Below, piece by piece: positions 13,701 through 26,712 of a stretch of 64,000 nt of DNA. The number at the start of each line of letters is the position of its first letter. The first letter of the stretch is position 1. The notes beneath the pieces are model-generated. The model was not told where the DNA came from. It was given only the letters and a program-made list of their open reading frames with translations, and searched no databases. The stretch is taken from assembly GCA_009914755.4 (NCBI GenBank), contig CP068257.2, positions 41,056,001-41,120,000 on the forward strand. Reading direction: 5' to 3'. This stretch comes from the human T2T-CHM13v2.0 reference genome, Homo sapiens. The position numbers were made by a program, and so were the translations under genes.

Positions 13701-15914
13701 TACCCAAAGGGCTTCCTGTTCTCAAATCCACTGCTCCTTCCATTACGTGGTGTCTAGAAGGAGGCTCTTTTGGATATAGACATTAAATAATCTGGGAGTC
13801 AGTGTATGCTGTGATCAAGCATGTGCGGTCCGCAGCCGATGGCCCAGGATGCAGTCCTGATGTACACTTCTGGCTGGGTGCGTGGGAGCCACACACATCT
13901 CTGTGTGCCTTGGTTTCCGTGTGTAAACATCTTAGACTAGTGCTTGCCTGTGGTTGGCACCTGGTAAGTGTCAGCCTTCTCTAATGTAGGCAGCTTGAGG
14001 GCTCCCAGACAGTGATGTTCCCGCTGACATTCCCAGGTCTCAGCTGATTATGAAGAGGCATCAATTTCCAGTGGGGGAGCCGCCCTCTGTCTCATCATTT
14101 GTTTCTCTCATCTTGCTTTAATATCACAGCACTGCCAGTCAAACCACACAAAAGGGTTTGTGATGACCTGCCGTGCATTCTCGTAAGCTCCAGCCCTGAC
14201 TCGCCTGCAAGCCAGAAGCCAACATAAAACTTTCGTTTTTCCCTTAATCTTGCTGCCTCTGCATCTCATTTTCAAATTTCATTTTATCAACTTTTTTTGC
14301 ACTATTTGTTTCTGGATAAAGGATTTGCAAAATTCTTCAGCATGTGGTCAGGAAGCCCTGTGGCCTCCTGACGAGGCAGCCTAGGGGTCCTCCCGTGGTC
14401 TGAAGCTGCAGCCGGGCTGGCCTCCCACAGTCAGGAGCAGCATCAGGCTGGGTGCTTCTGACACCAGCGAAGAGCGCGGCTGTCCAAGCCCCCATCCCTA
14501 GGGCTCACGCCTCATGCCCAAACTCGCACCCACTTTGGCGCCGCTGGAGACTAATGAACAGCAAAAGCTGAAGTCATGACTCTCATCCAGATCTAAAATG
14601 ACCGTGTGTCAAACATTTTTACTGAACTGATGAATCGAATGGGAACTGGTAAGAAGGTACGACCAGTTCAAAAGAGAAATCCAAGAACCCTAAATGTATA
14701 AGGAGTGAAGCAATGTTGAAATGGACTTACAAACGGATGCAGCTATATTCTCCAGTGGAGACAGCCAGTGCCAACTTTTGTGCTTATTCCAAATTTCCTG
14801 ACAGCCTCCCCACCTTTTTTCCAACATAATCTCAAAGAGAGATTATTCTGGATGGCAGAATAAGGCTGGTCCCCCTAGGTGTGGCATCCTTGCTTGCATA
14901 GAGGTGGCAAGAGTGCCACCATACCAAACAGGCCTTTTTCAGTTTGTTTTGCTGGAAGACCTCAGAAGATATCAGAAGCAAAAGCCTCTGTTGTTTGCTA
15001 TCCTAAGGTTAGGAAGCCAAGCATAAAAAGCTCTCCTCCAGATTTCACCGGCAGTACTTATAAATTTGATGAACCCCTCTCTTCTCAAGGCCCCCACGAT
15101 ATTCCAAAACCCTGGCCTGCCAGAGTAGAGCCTTTTTTCCCATCTTGGAGGCTGTGACCCTGAGAGCCCCTACCCTCCCCCAGGGGACTTTGTGGGCATG
15201 GACGTTGCACAGTCACCCTCGGCCCCTCAAGAGCGGTCACAGCCCAGCAAATGAGCGTCGTTCTCACGCACGTCTCTCAGGCTTAGGCTCGGTTGCATAA
15301 ACCTTCCCCAATTTTATCCTGGCAAGGAGGAGGACAGATCCTTCCGGAACCTTTGCAGATATTGCCACCAAAAGTAAAGCCTTCATAAAAGTTTGCATTT
15401 GGGGAGGAAGGAGAGCAGATGGTGAAAATCAGATATCACTTAAGAATTACTCATTTCAGTTTACAAAAAATCTAGGTCGTTAAAGGTGACTGATAGCTTA
15501 AGAAGACAGGGAAAGGGCTTCATAACAGAGCCGGAAAGTCCAACAGTACAACGACACGCATGATGCCAAAAAGTAAAGCGTTCCTCACTCATTCCACTCA
15601 GTGCTCCGTAACTGATTCTCCACTGGCTCCTGGGCTGCAGCCTCATGAAGCCAGCTGTTCCTCAACTGAAAAGAGCCCTGGAAGCCCTGGGCAGCCCACT
15701 GGCAGGGTCTGAATATCATCTGAGCGAGGCCATCAGAAGCTGTCCCCAGGAGTCTGTGCTTGGGGGTCAGTCATCGGAGGTGCTTACTGCGGTCCTTTTC
15801 CATGGGGCTCGAAGCTTCTGCATTGAATCACGAGCTCTGGCCTCCAGCCTGGTGCAGAACCTTCCAGGGGGCATTGGAGTAAAAGCTTCTGTAGATGACA
15901 GCTACCCCTTTTTT

Positions 15915-15990
15915 GGTCCATTTTATAGCAGAGGAAATTTAGGTTCAAAGAAGTTGAGTTGAGAGTCCCAGGAGTAAGAAGCAGTCAAGG
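15915..15990. mobile_element. MIR-like fragment
   Basis: ttttatagcagaggaaatttaggttcaaagaagttgagt. Confidence 0.4.
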
Positions 15991-17721
15991 ATCCCCCCAG
16001 GCCTCCGGGGCCGCCTGGGCTGCCTGGCCTCACGACCTGGCCCCATGCTCCTGAGATGGAGAAGCCCCAGGCCCATGAGCCTGTTGCCCTTGGCAAAGCC
16101 ACTTCCCTTCTGAGTAAAGTCAGACGAGCCTGCCCAGTCCCAAGAGACTGCGATTCCGTAATCGCCCTCCCCTCGCCTTTTGAGGTCTTGCTGGTAGGTG
16201 CACCCCCTTCAAGCCAGCCCAAGGAGCCATGATTTGAGTCGGTCTTGCCAGATGTGTCTGGAGAGAATTTAACTCCAAGATCATCCCCCGTGCACTCTGA
16301 GGGGCTGGGACAGGATGTGGTGCCCTTTGTGCCCAGGAGGAGAAGCACCCAGTGGGGCGGGGTGGGGCGAGGACTTTATAAAGGCGTCATTTGCTGCGGC
16401 CACCCAGGTTGGAACACAGGGACCACAGGGCCCCCCGCCTTCTGCAGGACCACCCCGCTCATCTGAGGGAGACACTGTAGAAACACATCTTTGAGCAGTG
16501 GCTTCTAATCCAAGAAACCCAATAGAAGTCAAACGCAGATTCCTAGGGCCCAACCCGGACCCACTGCGTGGGAATCCCTCAGCCGGGGCCAGAAGCACGC
16601 TTTGAAGACACCAACCTCCTCAGCAAGCCTCTTGCAAACCACATCCTGCTTCTCCAGAAGCTGCAGATCCAGAATGTTCAAAGAAAGAGCCCTCCTTGCC
16701 TTCCTCTTCTTCCACCCCTGCCCTCTGCAGACTGGGGTTCTGTAGACCCCCAAAGTAAGTCCGCCACACCGGAAGGAAGTGAGTTACACAGGGGCCCACA
16801 TGGGAACCGCTTTTTGTCCTGTCTTGGTGGGAAAATGGCCACGACCCCAGCCCAGGCTCTGCCACGCCACAACTCCACGGGCATAGCCTGGGAGGCCGCA
16901 GCGTGAACTGTGACTAGGGCTGAGGATGGTGCCATGGTAGAAGTGAGGGCCTGGCACCCGGCCAAGTGCAGGACTCCTCGGCAGTGGGGTTGGGAGAAGC
17001 AGCCTCTGCAGGCGAGGCCAGGAACCAGGACACAGGAGGAGAAGCACATCTCAGAGGAGGGAGCTCTGGGAGGAGCCAGCAGAGTCCTGCAAAGGAGGAT
17101 GTGGGGGAAATGGGGTGAGGCCAAAGTGGGGGCTGCTGAAGGGGCTACTGCACCCGTGCGAGCAGGGCCAGGACCAAGCTGCATAGGCAGCCAGGGACAC
17201 AGCCGATGCCACAGACGTCAGGAACCACGCAATGACACAGGCCACCTTTGACCGACCGTTACCCCTGGGGCAAATACCAGTGGGGATAACGGGCAAGGAG
17301 AGGTGCTGTTTACTGTCTTATTGTTGCCAGTTCAGCAGCCCACAGGAAATGGTGTTAGTCACAGAAAAAAAAAATCTGTTTTCTATATTTCACTGTTTCC
17401 AAGTAAAGAAAAAAGAAAACTAATCTTAGCTTAAAAAAAAAAAAAATGGTGCGCTGGGCACCGAAAAATAACCATCTTCCTAGGCCTGCGTTTCCCCCAC
17501 ACCGGGGACTTGTGCTGGAAAGAAAAGCTGCGTTGGCAGCCAGGAGCCGGGGAAACTGTCCAGGGAGGCATCCTCTGCGATGAAGGCGGGGCCTCGGCGT
17601 GGCCCGTTCCGCGCTCTGTCCAGCCCTGGAGAAGCCCCACCCTCACCGAGCTCGAAATACCCCCTCCCTGAGAGCCGAGACTCATGGCCGGGACCCCTTG
17701 GACAGAAGATGCGGATGCTAA

Positions 17722-18437
<716 letters not shown>

Positions 18438-18677
18438 TGAACACGACAATGACATTTTTCACCACCCGTATGCATCAACCAAATGAAAAGATGAGCCTGT
18501 GACATTCCCGTGCGTAGAGTTACAGCTTTTCTTTTCAAAACGAACCTTCAGTTTGGAGCCGAAGCGGAAGCACGTGGCGTCTGACGTCTCCAGGGAGACC
18601 CGCCGCCCTCGCTGCCGCCTCACCGCGCTTCTGTTTTGCAGGTAATCTTCAGCAAGTACTGCAACTCCAGCGACATC

Positions 18678-18712
18678 ATGGACCTGTTCTGCATCGCCAC
18701 CGGCCTGCCTCG
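18678..18712 (+). CDS. Putative first coding exon (coding part): ATG GAC CTG TTC TGC ATC GCC ACC GGC CTG CCT CG, followed by GTGAGT donor. The 5'UTR probably starts ~18560-18642 within the CpG island
   Basis: ATG at 18678-18680 with Kozak A at -3 and G at +4 (gacatcATGg). Consensus 5' splice donor cg|gtgagt at 18713-18718. GC-rich, codon-like composition. The six-frame ORF is open back to 18642, so this could alternatively be an internal exon using the acceptor ttctgttttgcag|gta at 18641/18642. Product not recognised. Confidence 0.5.
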
Positions 18713-18966
18713 GTGAGTGCGCGCTGCGGGCTCTGCCCGGTGACGCCACGCGGCCTCCTCGCCTTTTCGGGATGGCTGGGAGGGGCGGGAAGAGGCGCTG
18801 AAGGGCCCGAGGCACCGGCCTTCTACAAGGGGCTCTTCGAAATCAATCAATGCGCAGAATCCCGAGGGAGGCTCAGCCGCCCTCCGGGCCTCTCTGCCTC
18901 CACAGGTGATGGCTGTGTCCACAAGGAGGAAACCGTCGGGCTGAATTAAACAGAACCGCCCTCCTA

Positions 18967-19314
<348 letters not shown>

Positions 19315-20366
19315 TCATTCACTTTTGGAGAAAGCGGGGTGGTTGTGTGTGTTTGGTCCCCAGCCCCACATCACCCCATAGGTGCCTTTTCTACCCAGGG
19401 GGCTTGACCCAGATCAACACTGGGCGAAAGGCTGACTTCAGAAATGGGTTGAAAAGACCAGTGATCTGCCTTATCGAGTCCTCAGAGTCCCACAGGAGTT
19501 AATGTCCTAAATCAACAGTGTGTTCGAGCCAGTGAATTTTCTAATTATCAGCAAACTTTCCAAATGTAAAGGGTGAGCAGGAGTAGCTTTGGCTCAAGGA
19601 TTAACTTTAAAGTTAGGACGGAGGTGGAGAAGGGCAATTGAAGTTTCTCACAGACAGGTGAGAAAAGGGAGATGAAAGTACACGTCTGAAAGTGCAGCAA
19701 ATGGCAGTTTTAGCCGCAAAAATAGCCCATGGTCTGGGGCATCTTTGGGCACCATATATGAAGCAATGTGCCAATAAATAAATATATATACACAGTATTC
19801 CGTATAGCAGCCCTGGGATTTGAGTATCACCTCTATTTCACAGATTTTAACAATTTACAACTGAAGATCAGAGATTAACTTGGTCGAGGTAACACATCTT
19901 GCAAGAGGCCCCAAAACATGTGAGGTTGGAGGAAGACTCATCCTAAGCATTTAAAACTATTTTGTAGGAGAGACTTGCGCAGTTCAGACGGACTCCCAAA
20001 GGCACTGGAAGCGGAAAGACAAACTATGAGTTCGTCATCTGCTGATATAAATGTTAGTTCCTATTTTACCACAGTTTTTTAAAAAAAATCTCCCAACTCA
20101 ATAAAGTAGACTTGCTCCAATTCCCATTTTAAAGTATTTCAGCATCTACACGCACTTAGGATTATACGCAGCTGTTTAATTTCATTTACAATCGGAGTCT
20201 CAATGCCCTGGGGACGGCCTCCCACCCTTCCCATCCCACCACACCTTGGTCAGGCTGGTCCTGGGACTGTCCTGGTTGTCTCAGGGCTCTGGCCCCATGA
20301 GTACATTCAAGTGTACATCCCAGAGCACGCTATGGGCGAAAACACGGGCTTGGGTGTGTTTTCCAG

Positions 20367-20444
20367 GAACACGACCATCTCCCTGCTGACCACCGACGAC
20401 GCCATGGTCTCCATCGACCCCACCATGCCCGCGAATTCAGAACG
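20367..20444 (+). CDS. Putative internal coding exon, 78 nt, phase 2 at both ends, encoding (R)[25 protein letters not shown](R)
   Basis: Acceptor tgggtgtgttttccag|g (polypyrimidine tract + AG) at 20366/20367. Donor aacg|gtaaga at 20444/20445. It joins in frame to the 18712 donor, where the split codon cg|g gives Arg. Strong third-position GC bias (acc atc tcc ctg ctg acc acc gac gac gcc atg gtc tcc atc gac ccc acc atg ccc). Matches ORF track 20203..20448. Confidence 0.55.
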
Positions 20445-20679
20445 GTAAGAGGCTCCGGCCGCGCTCCTCGGGGTGTGCCTGGCACTTCTCTCCATGACAT
20501 GGGAGGCTTTCTGTGATTTTGTAAATGTGCTACTGCAGAAAGGTGTGAATTGACAGCAGAGATGGAGAGCGAGGGTAGGAGCCAGTGTGAAGGAAGCTTG
20601 ACTCGTCGTGTTCCCCTGCAGAGGAGCTGGGCACGTTCCAAGATAACAATTGCAGCCGTGGCTCTGCACCTGCTTCTCA

Positions 20680-20735
20680 ACGGGAGGAGGCATTGTACAG
20701 AGGGGAAACTGAGGCCCAGGAGGGTGAGCCAAGAG
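20680..20735. mobile_element. MIR-like fragment
   Basis: gtacagaggggaaactgaggcccaggagggtgagc. Confidence 0.35.
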
Positions 20736-21327
20736 CTGCAGAGCCAGGCCCCGGGATCCCCACATTAACCCCAGGAAGGACCTCGGGAGATTCCCTACAG
20801 AGCCCCTGGGGACATTTCGTGTTTACCCACTTAGGGCCGGTCTCTGTGTTCATAAAGTGATGCCTGTGGGAGATTCTAAGCACAGAAGGGCCAGGGACAA
20901 GGGAGGCCCAGGAAGTCAAGAGGAGAGGCCGGTGAAAGCCTCCGTGAATGTCTGTGAACTAGGTCAAGCCAGCGGTGTATGGCCCAGGAAGGACGCGGAG
21001 CAGGGGCCCTCAGGTCAGTGACCTGCCCCTGTTCCTGGTGACCTGGGGAGACCCCAGCAGCCTCCACTGCTCTTTGTGGTTGGGCAAAGTGGAACTTAGA
21101 TTTCCTCATGAGGCGAGGGAGCAGGTGAGCTGGGGGCGGGGCGTGCGACCTCAGGACCCCTCTCTGGCGTCCTCTGTTCCTCCCAGAGTGGGGCTCACTG
21201 TGCCTCCAAGGGACTCAGTAGATGCGATGGTACACTTGTCAATCTGGTCATCAGGGTGTCCTGCCCAACTGACCCATGGCCAGCTCTGAGCCCACAGGAG
21301 AAAGTGCATGTCAGGCAGACCCTTGTG

Positions 21328-21678
21328 TCAGTGAGGTCCCAGTGGGCGTGGCCAGCACCGTCCCCCTCAGTGAGGCCCCCCAGTGGACGTGGCCAGTGCT
21401 GCCTCCCTCAGTGAGGTCTCAGTGGACATGGCCAGAGCCGTCCCCCTCAGTGAGCGCTCAGTAGACATGGCCAGTGCCGTCCTCAGCGAGGTCCCCGTGG
21501 GTGTGGCCAGCGCCATCCCCCTCAGCGAGGTCCTCGTGGGTGTGGCCAGCACCATCCCACTCAGCGAGGTCCCAGTGGACATGGCCAGCGCCGCCCCCCT
21601 CAGTGAGGCTTCAGTGGGCATGGCCAGTGCCGTCCCCCTCAGCGAGGTCCCAGTGGACGTGTCCAGAGCTGTCCTGGT
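21328..21678. repeat. Minisatellite A: ~9 tandem copies of a ~39-bp GC-rich unit (tcagtgaggtcccagtgggcgtggccagcaccgtccccc)
   Basis: Direct reading: successive units tcagtgaggtcccagtgggcgtggccagcaccgtccccc / tcagtgaggccccccagtggacgtggccagtgctgcctccc / tcagtgaggtctcagtggacatggccagagccgtccccc / ... ORFs 21383..21760 and 21474..21800 show the periodic peptide (SEVPVDMASA...). Confidence 0.9.
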
Positions 21679-22317
21679 CAGCCGTCCTCCCTGTCACCTT
21701 GAGGCCTCAGCCGAGCTCCTCTCATCTGGCTGTGCCCGTCAGTCTCCCCTCCTGCCCTAGCCAGGATGCCCGTCTCCTGCCCCACACAGTCTGGCTCTGA
21801 CTCTTGGCTTCCAGACTCCCCGGAAGGTGCAGTGCTAATTGGCTCCCCAGAGACTCCAGTAAGCATCTTGTCAGCCTCAGCACCAGCTCCAGCCTGGGGG
21901 GTCTCGCTCAGAAGCAAAGTCACTGAGTGACCTGTCCTCCTGACACCCACAAGACTAAAATGATCTCTCAGAGGGGACCTCACAGAAACCAGCACCTTGT
22001 CCATGCCAGCTGGGTATCTGAGAGAAACTGCTTTGTTTTCCTGAAGTCATTTGAAACAGCGTGCAGAGACATTTAAACTCGGCGGGAAATAGGAGAAGCC
22101 CACCTTGACCCTTCTAATTCTCTGGCCCCAGGTGCCTTATTAACAAGAGACAGTATCAGACACACCAGACAAAAGCCCTCCTGAGCCCAAAGAGCCCAAA
22201 TGTCTGGAAGCTCTCTGCTGAGATGCCAAAATGCATGCCTTTCTGATAAAGAGACAGAGACAGATGAGGTACCATGATATGGACATGGCAGTGGACGTGG
22301 ACAGGGGAGCAGTGGAG

Positions 22318-22800
22318 ATGGAGAAGATGGAGACACACGCAGTTGAGGATACAGGCGAAGAAGATGGAGACACACGCGGATGAGGATACAGGCGAAGAAG
22401 ATGGAGACACACGCGGATGAGGATACAGGTGAAGAAGATGGAGACACACGCGGATGAGGATACAGGTGAAGAAGGTGGAGACAGACGCGGATGAGGATAC
22501 AGATGGAGAAGATGGAGGTAGACGCGGGTGAGGATACAGGTGGAGAAGATGGAGGTAGACGCGGGTGAGGATACAGGTGGAGAAGATGGAGGTAGACGCG
22601 GGTGAGGATACAGGTGGAGAAGATGGAGGTAGACGCGGATGAGGATACAGGTGGAGAAGATGGAGGTAGACGCGGATGAGGATACAGGTGGAGAAGATGG
22701 AGGTAGACGCGGATGAGGATACAGGTGGAGAAGATGGGGTTAGACGCGGATGAGGACACAGGTGGAGAAGAGGAAGTTAGACGCGGATGAGGATATAGAT
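22318..22800. repeat. Minisatellite B: ~13 tandem copies of a 37-bp unit (gatggagacacacgcggatgaggatacaggcgaagaa), two sub-variants (agacacacgcggatg vs ggtagacgcgggtg)
   Basis: Direct reading. The 228-aa ORF 22073..22759(-) is a periodic translation of this array. Confidence 0.9.
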
Positions 22801-22839
22801 AGATGCATAGGGTGTGGATCTAACCGGGTACGGGTGATG

Positions 22840-22895
22840 TGGAAACGGATCTAGACAGCGATGTGGAAACGGATCTAGACAGCGATGTGGATGTG
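22840..22895. repeat. Small tandem duplication, 2 x ~24 bp (gatgtggaaacggatctagacagc)
   Basis: gatgtggaaacggatctagacagcgatgtggaaacggatctagacagcgatgtgg. Confidence 0.8.
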
Positions 22896-23409
22896 ATCTA
22901 GATAATGTGGCTCTGGACGTAGAAAGAGCTTCAGATGCTCTATCTATGATCGTGGGTGTGGATATAGGCATAGACATGGTGAAGAGGAGAGAATAGACTC
23001 TCCTCTCTCATGACAAACTGATCGTGGCTGGGGGCGGCACGTGCTGAGATGTGGCTGTATTTGTCCCCCAGGCTGGTGCCTGCGCCTCCTGCACCCCCGT
23101 CTCCTTTGTGCCTTCTTCCATTCCCTCTGCCACTGTTAGGTCCAGGCCTCACTGAGCTCTGACCTCCCTGCCTCCAGCCTGCCTCTCCCACACGGCTGCC
23201 AGGTTCAACCTGGTAAGACACCTTCTTCTCCATGGTGGCCTCCCAATCTGGGCCCTGCCAACTTATGCCTCACCAACTTCTCCAACTTACCCCTGTACCC
23301 ACGCCCGCACCATGCCCAGCCCACAGGATCCTGCCTTCCCAGCTCTGCAGAACCAGCTTCTGCTTATCCGCTAGGTGCCAGCCCAGCCACCTGCCTTAAG
23401 CACCATCCG

Positions 23410-24485
23410 CAGTCACCCAGCCCATCACCATCACTAGCAAAGTCACCCAGACCCATCACCATCACCATCCAGAGTCACCCAGCCCTTCACTATCACCATC
23501 CAAAGTCACCAGCCCCATCACCATCACCATCCAGAGTCACCAGCCCCATCACCATCACCATTCAAAGTCACCCACCCCGATACCATCACCATCCAAAGTC
23601 ACCCAGACCTATCACCATCATCATCCAGAGTCACCAGCCCCTTCACCATCACCATCCAAAGTCACCAGCCCCTTTACCATCACCATCCAGAGTCACCCAG
23701 TCCCATCGCCATCACCATCCAGATTCACCCAGACCCATCACCATCTCCATCTAAAGTCACCCAGACCCATCACCATCACTATCCAAAGTCACGCATCCTG
23801 TCACTATCACCATCCAAAGTCACCAAGCCCCTTCACCATCACCATCCAAAGTCACCCAGTCCTATCACCATCACCATCCTAAGTTACCAGCCTTTCACCA
23901 TCACCATCAAAGTCACCAGCCCCATCATCGTCACCATCCTATCCAAAGTCATCCAGTACCACCACCATCCAAAATCACCCAGACACATCACCATCACCAT
24001 CCAAAGCCACCTAGCCCATCACCATCACTATCCAAAGTCATCTAGCACCATCACCATCCAAAGTCACCCAGACACATCACCATCACCATCCAAAGTTACC
24101 AGCCCCATCACCATCATCATCCAGAGTCACCCAGATCCATCACCATCACCATCCAAAGTCACTCAGCCCATCACCATCACTATCCAAAGTCACCAGCCTC
24201 TTCACCATCACTATCACCAGGCCCTTCACCATCATCCGAAGTCACCCAGACCCATGACCATCACCATCCAAAGTCTTCCAGACCCATCATCATCACCATT
24301 TGAGGTCACCCAGACCCATCACCATCACCATCCAAAGTCACCCAGCCCATCACCATCACTATCCAAAGTGACCAGCCCCTTTACCATCACTATCCAAAGT
24401 CACCCAGACCCATCACCATCACCACCCAAAGTCACCCAGCCCCTTCACCATCTCCATCCAAAGTCACCCAACCTGTCACCATCAG
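23410..24485. repeat. Minisatellite C: ~1.1 kb array of ~34 copies of a ~31-32-bp unit (aagtcacccagcccatcaccatcaccatcca)
   Basis: Direct reading: agtcacccagacccatcaccatcaccatccagagtcacccagcccttcactatcaccatccaaagtcaccagccccatcaccatcaccatccag... continues to 24485. ORF 24254..24532 is a periodic translation artefact. Confidence 0.92.
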
Positions 24486-25712
24486 CACATCACTGGCTTC
24501 CTCCCCTCAGTGTGCGCCTCAGTCTGAAGTGATCTCACTTACTTGTTTGAGGTTCTCACTGCTGCTGGCCCCGCTGGACGGTCTTCTCTCATAGGAAGGA
24601 AATTTCACCTTGCTCTCTGCTGGATTTCCAGCCCCTAAACGAGGCGGGGCATGCTGGGTGCAGGATGGAATGAGTTGGGGACGGAGTGAACCAGTCCAGC
24701 TCGTGCGTGCCTCCCCCTCTGCACTGCCCAGAGCAGTTTTTTTTTCTGGGGACGCAGGGCAACGTCTGGAGACATTTCTGGATGTCACCAGGGGTAAGGG
24801 CCTGCTACTTGTATCTGATGGGTGGAGACCCGGGATGCCGATGGCATCCTACAGCGCACAGGACAGGCCCACAACAATGACACACGTGGCCGGAGACATC
24901 AGCGGTGCTGAGGCGGAGCACCTGGTGACTGAGGTCTCCCCTGTGCTCTGTCGCTGTCCTCTCACCCTCCCCCAATCTTCCAACCTAGTAGTTCTCAGAC
25001 AACTGCGTCAGAATCCGCAGGGGGCTTGGTGGAGCACAGAGCTCCCCTCAGTCTCTGGTTTGTGACGGAGGTGGGCCCCGAGAATCTTTCTGCAGCAGAA
25101 AGCCAGGCTTTCTGCAGGTTCCCAGTGAGGAGGACGAGGCTGGCCCGGGACACGCCACTGATGCTCTTCTGACCCAGGGGCTTTTCTCTCCCGCTTCCGT
25201 CCCTCTTCCCTCGCCGGCAGGTGACGTTACTGGCCTTTTCTTTTTTGGCCCTGCCTCCCCCTTGGCTTCTCCCCTCTTCCTCTCCTCCACTCGGTGCCTG
25301 GTGACATGCGGCCATCCTCAGAGATGTGCTTCGGGGCCCGCACGCCTTGCTCCTCGCACTCTTCCTGCACCGGAGCCGCGGTGCGAGGCCTCGGGAATGC
25401 TCACCGTTTCTCTCCCGCCCCCCGGCCGCATGCTGCAGCCATTCCCTCACCACATGTCCAGGAGGGAGCCGGCATCCTTTGCTGACTCTCTTGCTGTGAC
25501 TATGGTGCTGCGTGGAAAAGGGGCCGTGGGAAGGCTGGGCAGGTGGCTGCTCAGAGCCCCACCTGACACGGTGACCCACGGGGCCTGGAAATTCACTGCC
25601 CCGATTTCCACACAGGTGCCTGAGCTCCTGCAGAGAATGCCTGAGAGCGAGACGCATGCCCGTCAATTTGTGCTTTCAGGCGTCCTAAGCACACACGCCT
25701 GCTCTTATTTGA

Positions 25713-26072
<360 letters not shown>

Positions 26073-26074
26073 AC

Positions 26075-26377
<303 letters not shown>

Positions 26378-26674
26378 CACCCAGGAATCTTTTAAAAGGT
26401 ACCAGTTGATGCCCAGACCCCTCAATTAAGTCCAGATTTTTAAGAGATTTTTTTTTTTTAAAGCTCTGCAAGTGATTCCAGCACACAGTCTGGGGACTAA
26501 CCGCTGATATAAGGTCTGGAAAATCTAAGAAACCACTCTACCCCACCCTCTGGTGACCAGAAGCTTATGTCTACCAGACCCAGGGCCTTCCCTTGCTGAA
26601 ACATGCTGGGTAAACTCTTTGTTTCTTCCTAGCAGACAGCAGCCCTCTCCCTCTAGCTCAGAAGCTACGTCAGC

Positions 26675-26712
26675 AGTTGGTTGGTTGGTTGGTTGGTGGG
26701 TTGGTTGGGTTG
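26675..26712. repeat. (TTGG)n microsatellite
   Basis: gttggttggttggttggttggtgggttggttgggttg. Confidence 0.85.

Noticed and set aside
20621-20722. Candidate third exon (acceptor tgttcccctgcag|ag, donor gag|gtgagc) downstream of exon 2
   Set aside because: In the phase required by the exon-2 donor (cg|N) it hits TAA after 8 codons, and the 3' half is a MIR fragment (ggggaaactgaggcccaggag). The splice-like signals are probably coincidental.
22073-22759. 228-aa minus-strand ORF and 21383..21800 / 24254..24532 plus-strand ORFs with internally repetitive peptides
   Set aside because: They coincide exactly with minisatellites B, A and C. The peptide periodicity equals the repeat unit length/3, which is the classic VNTR translation artefact.
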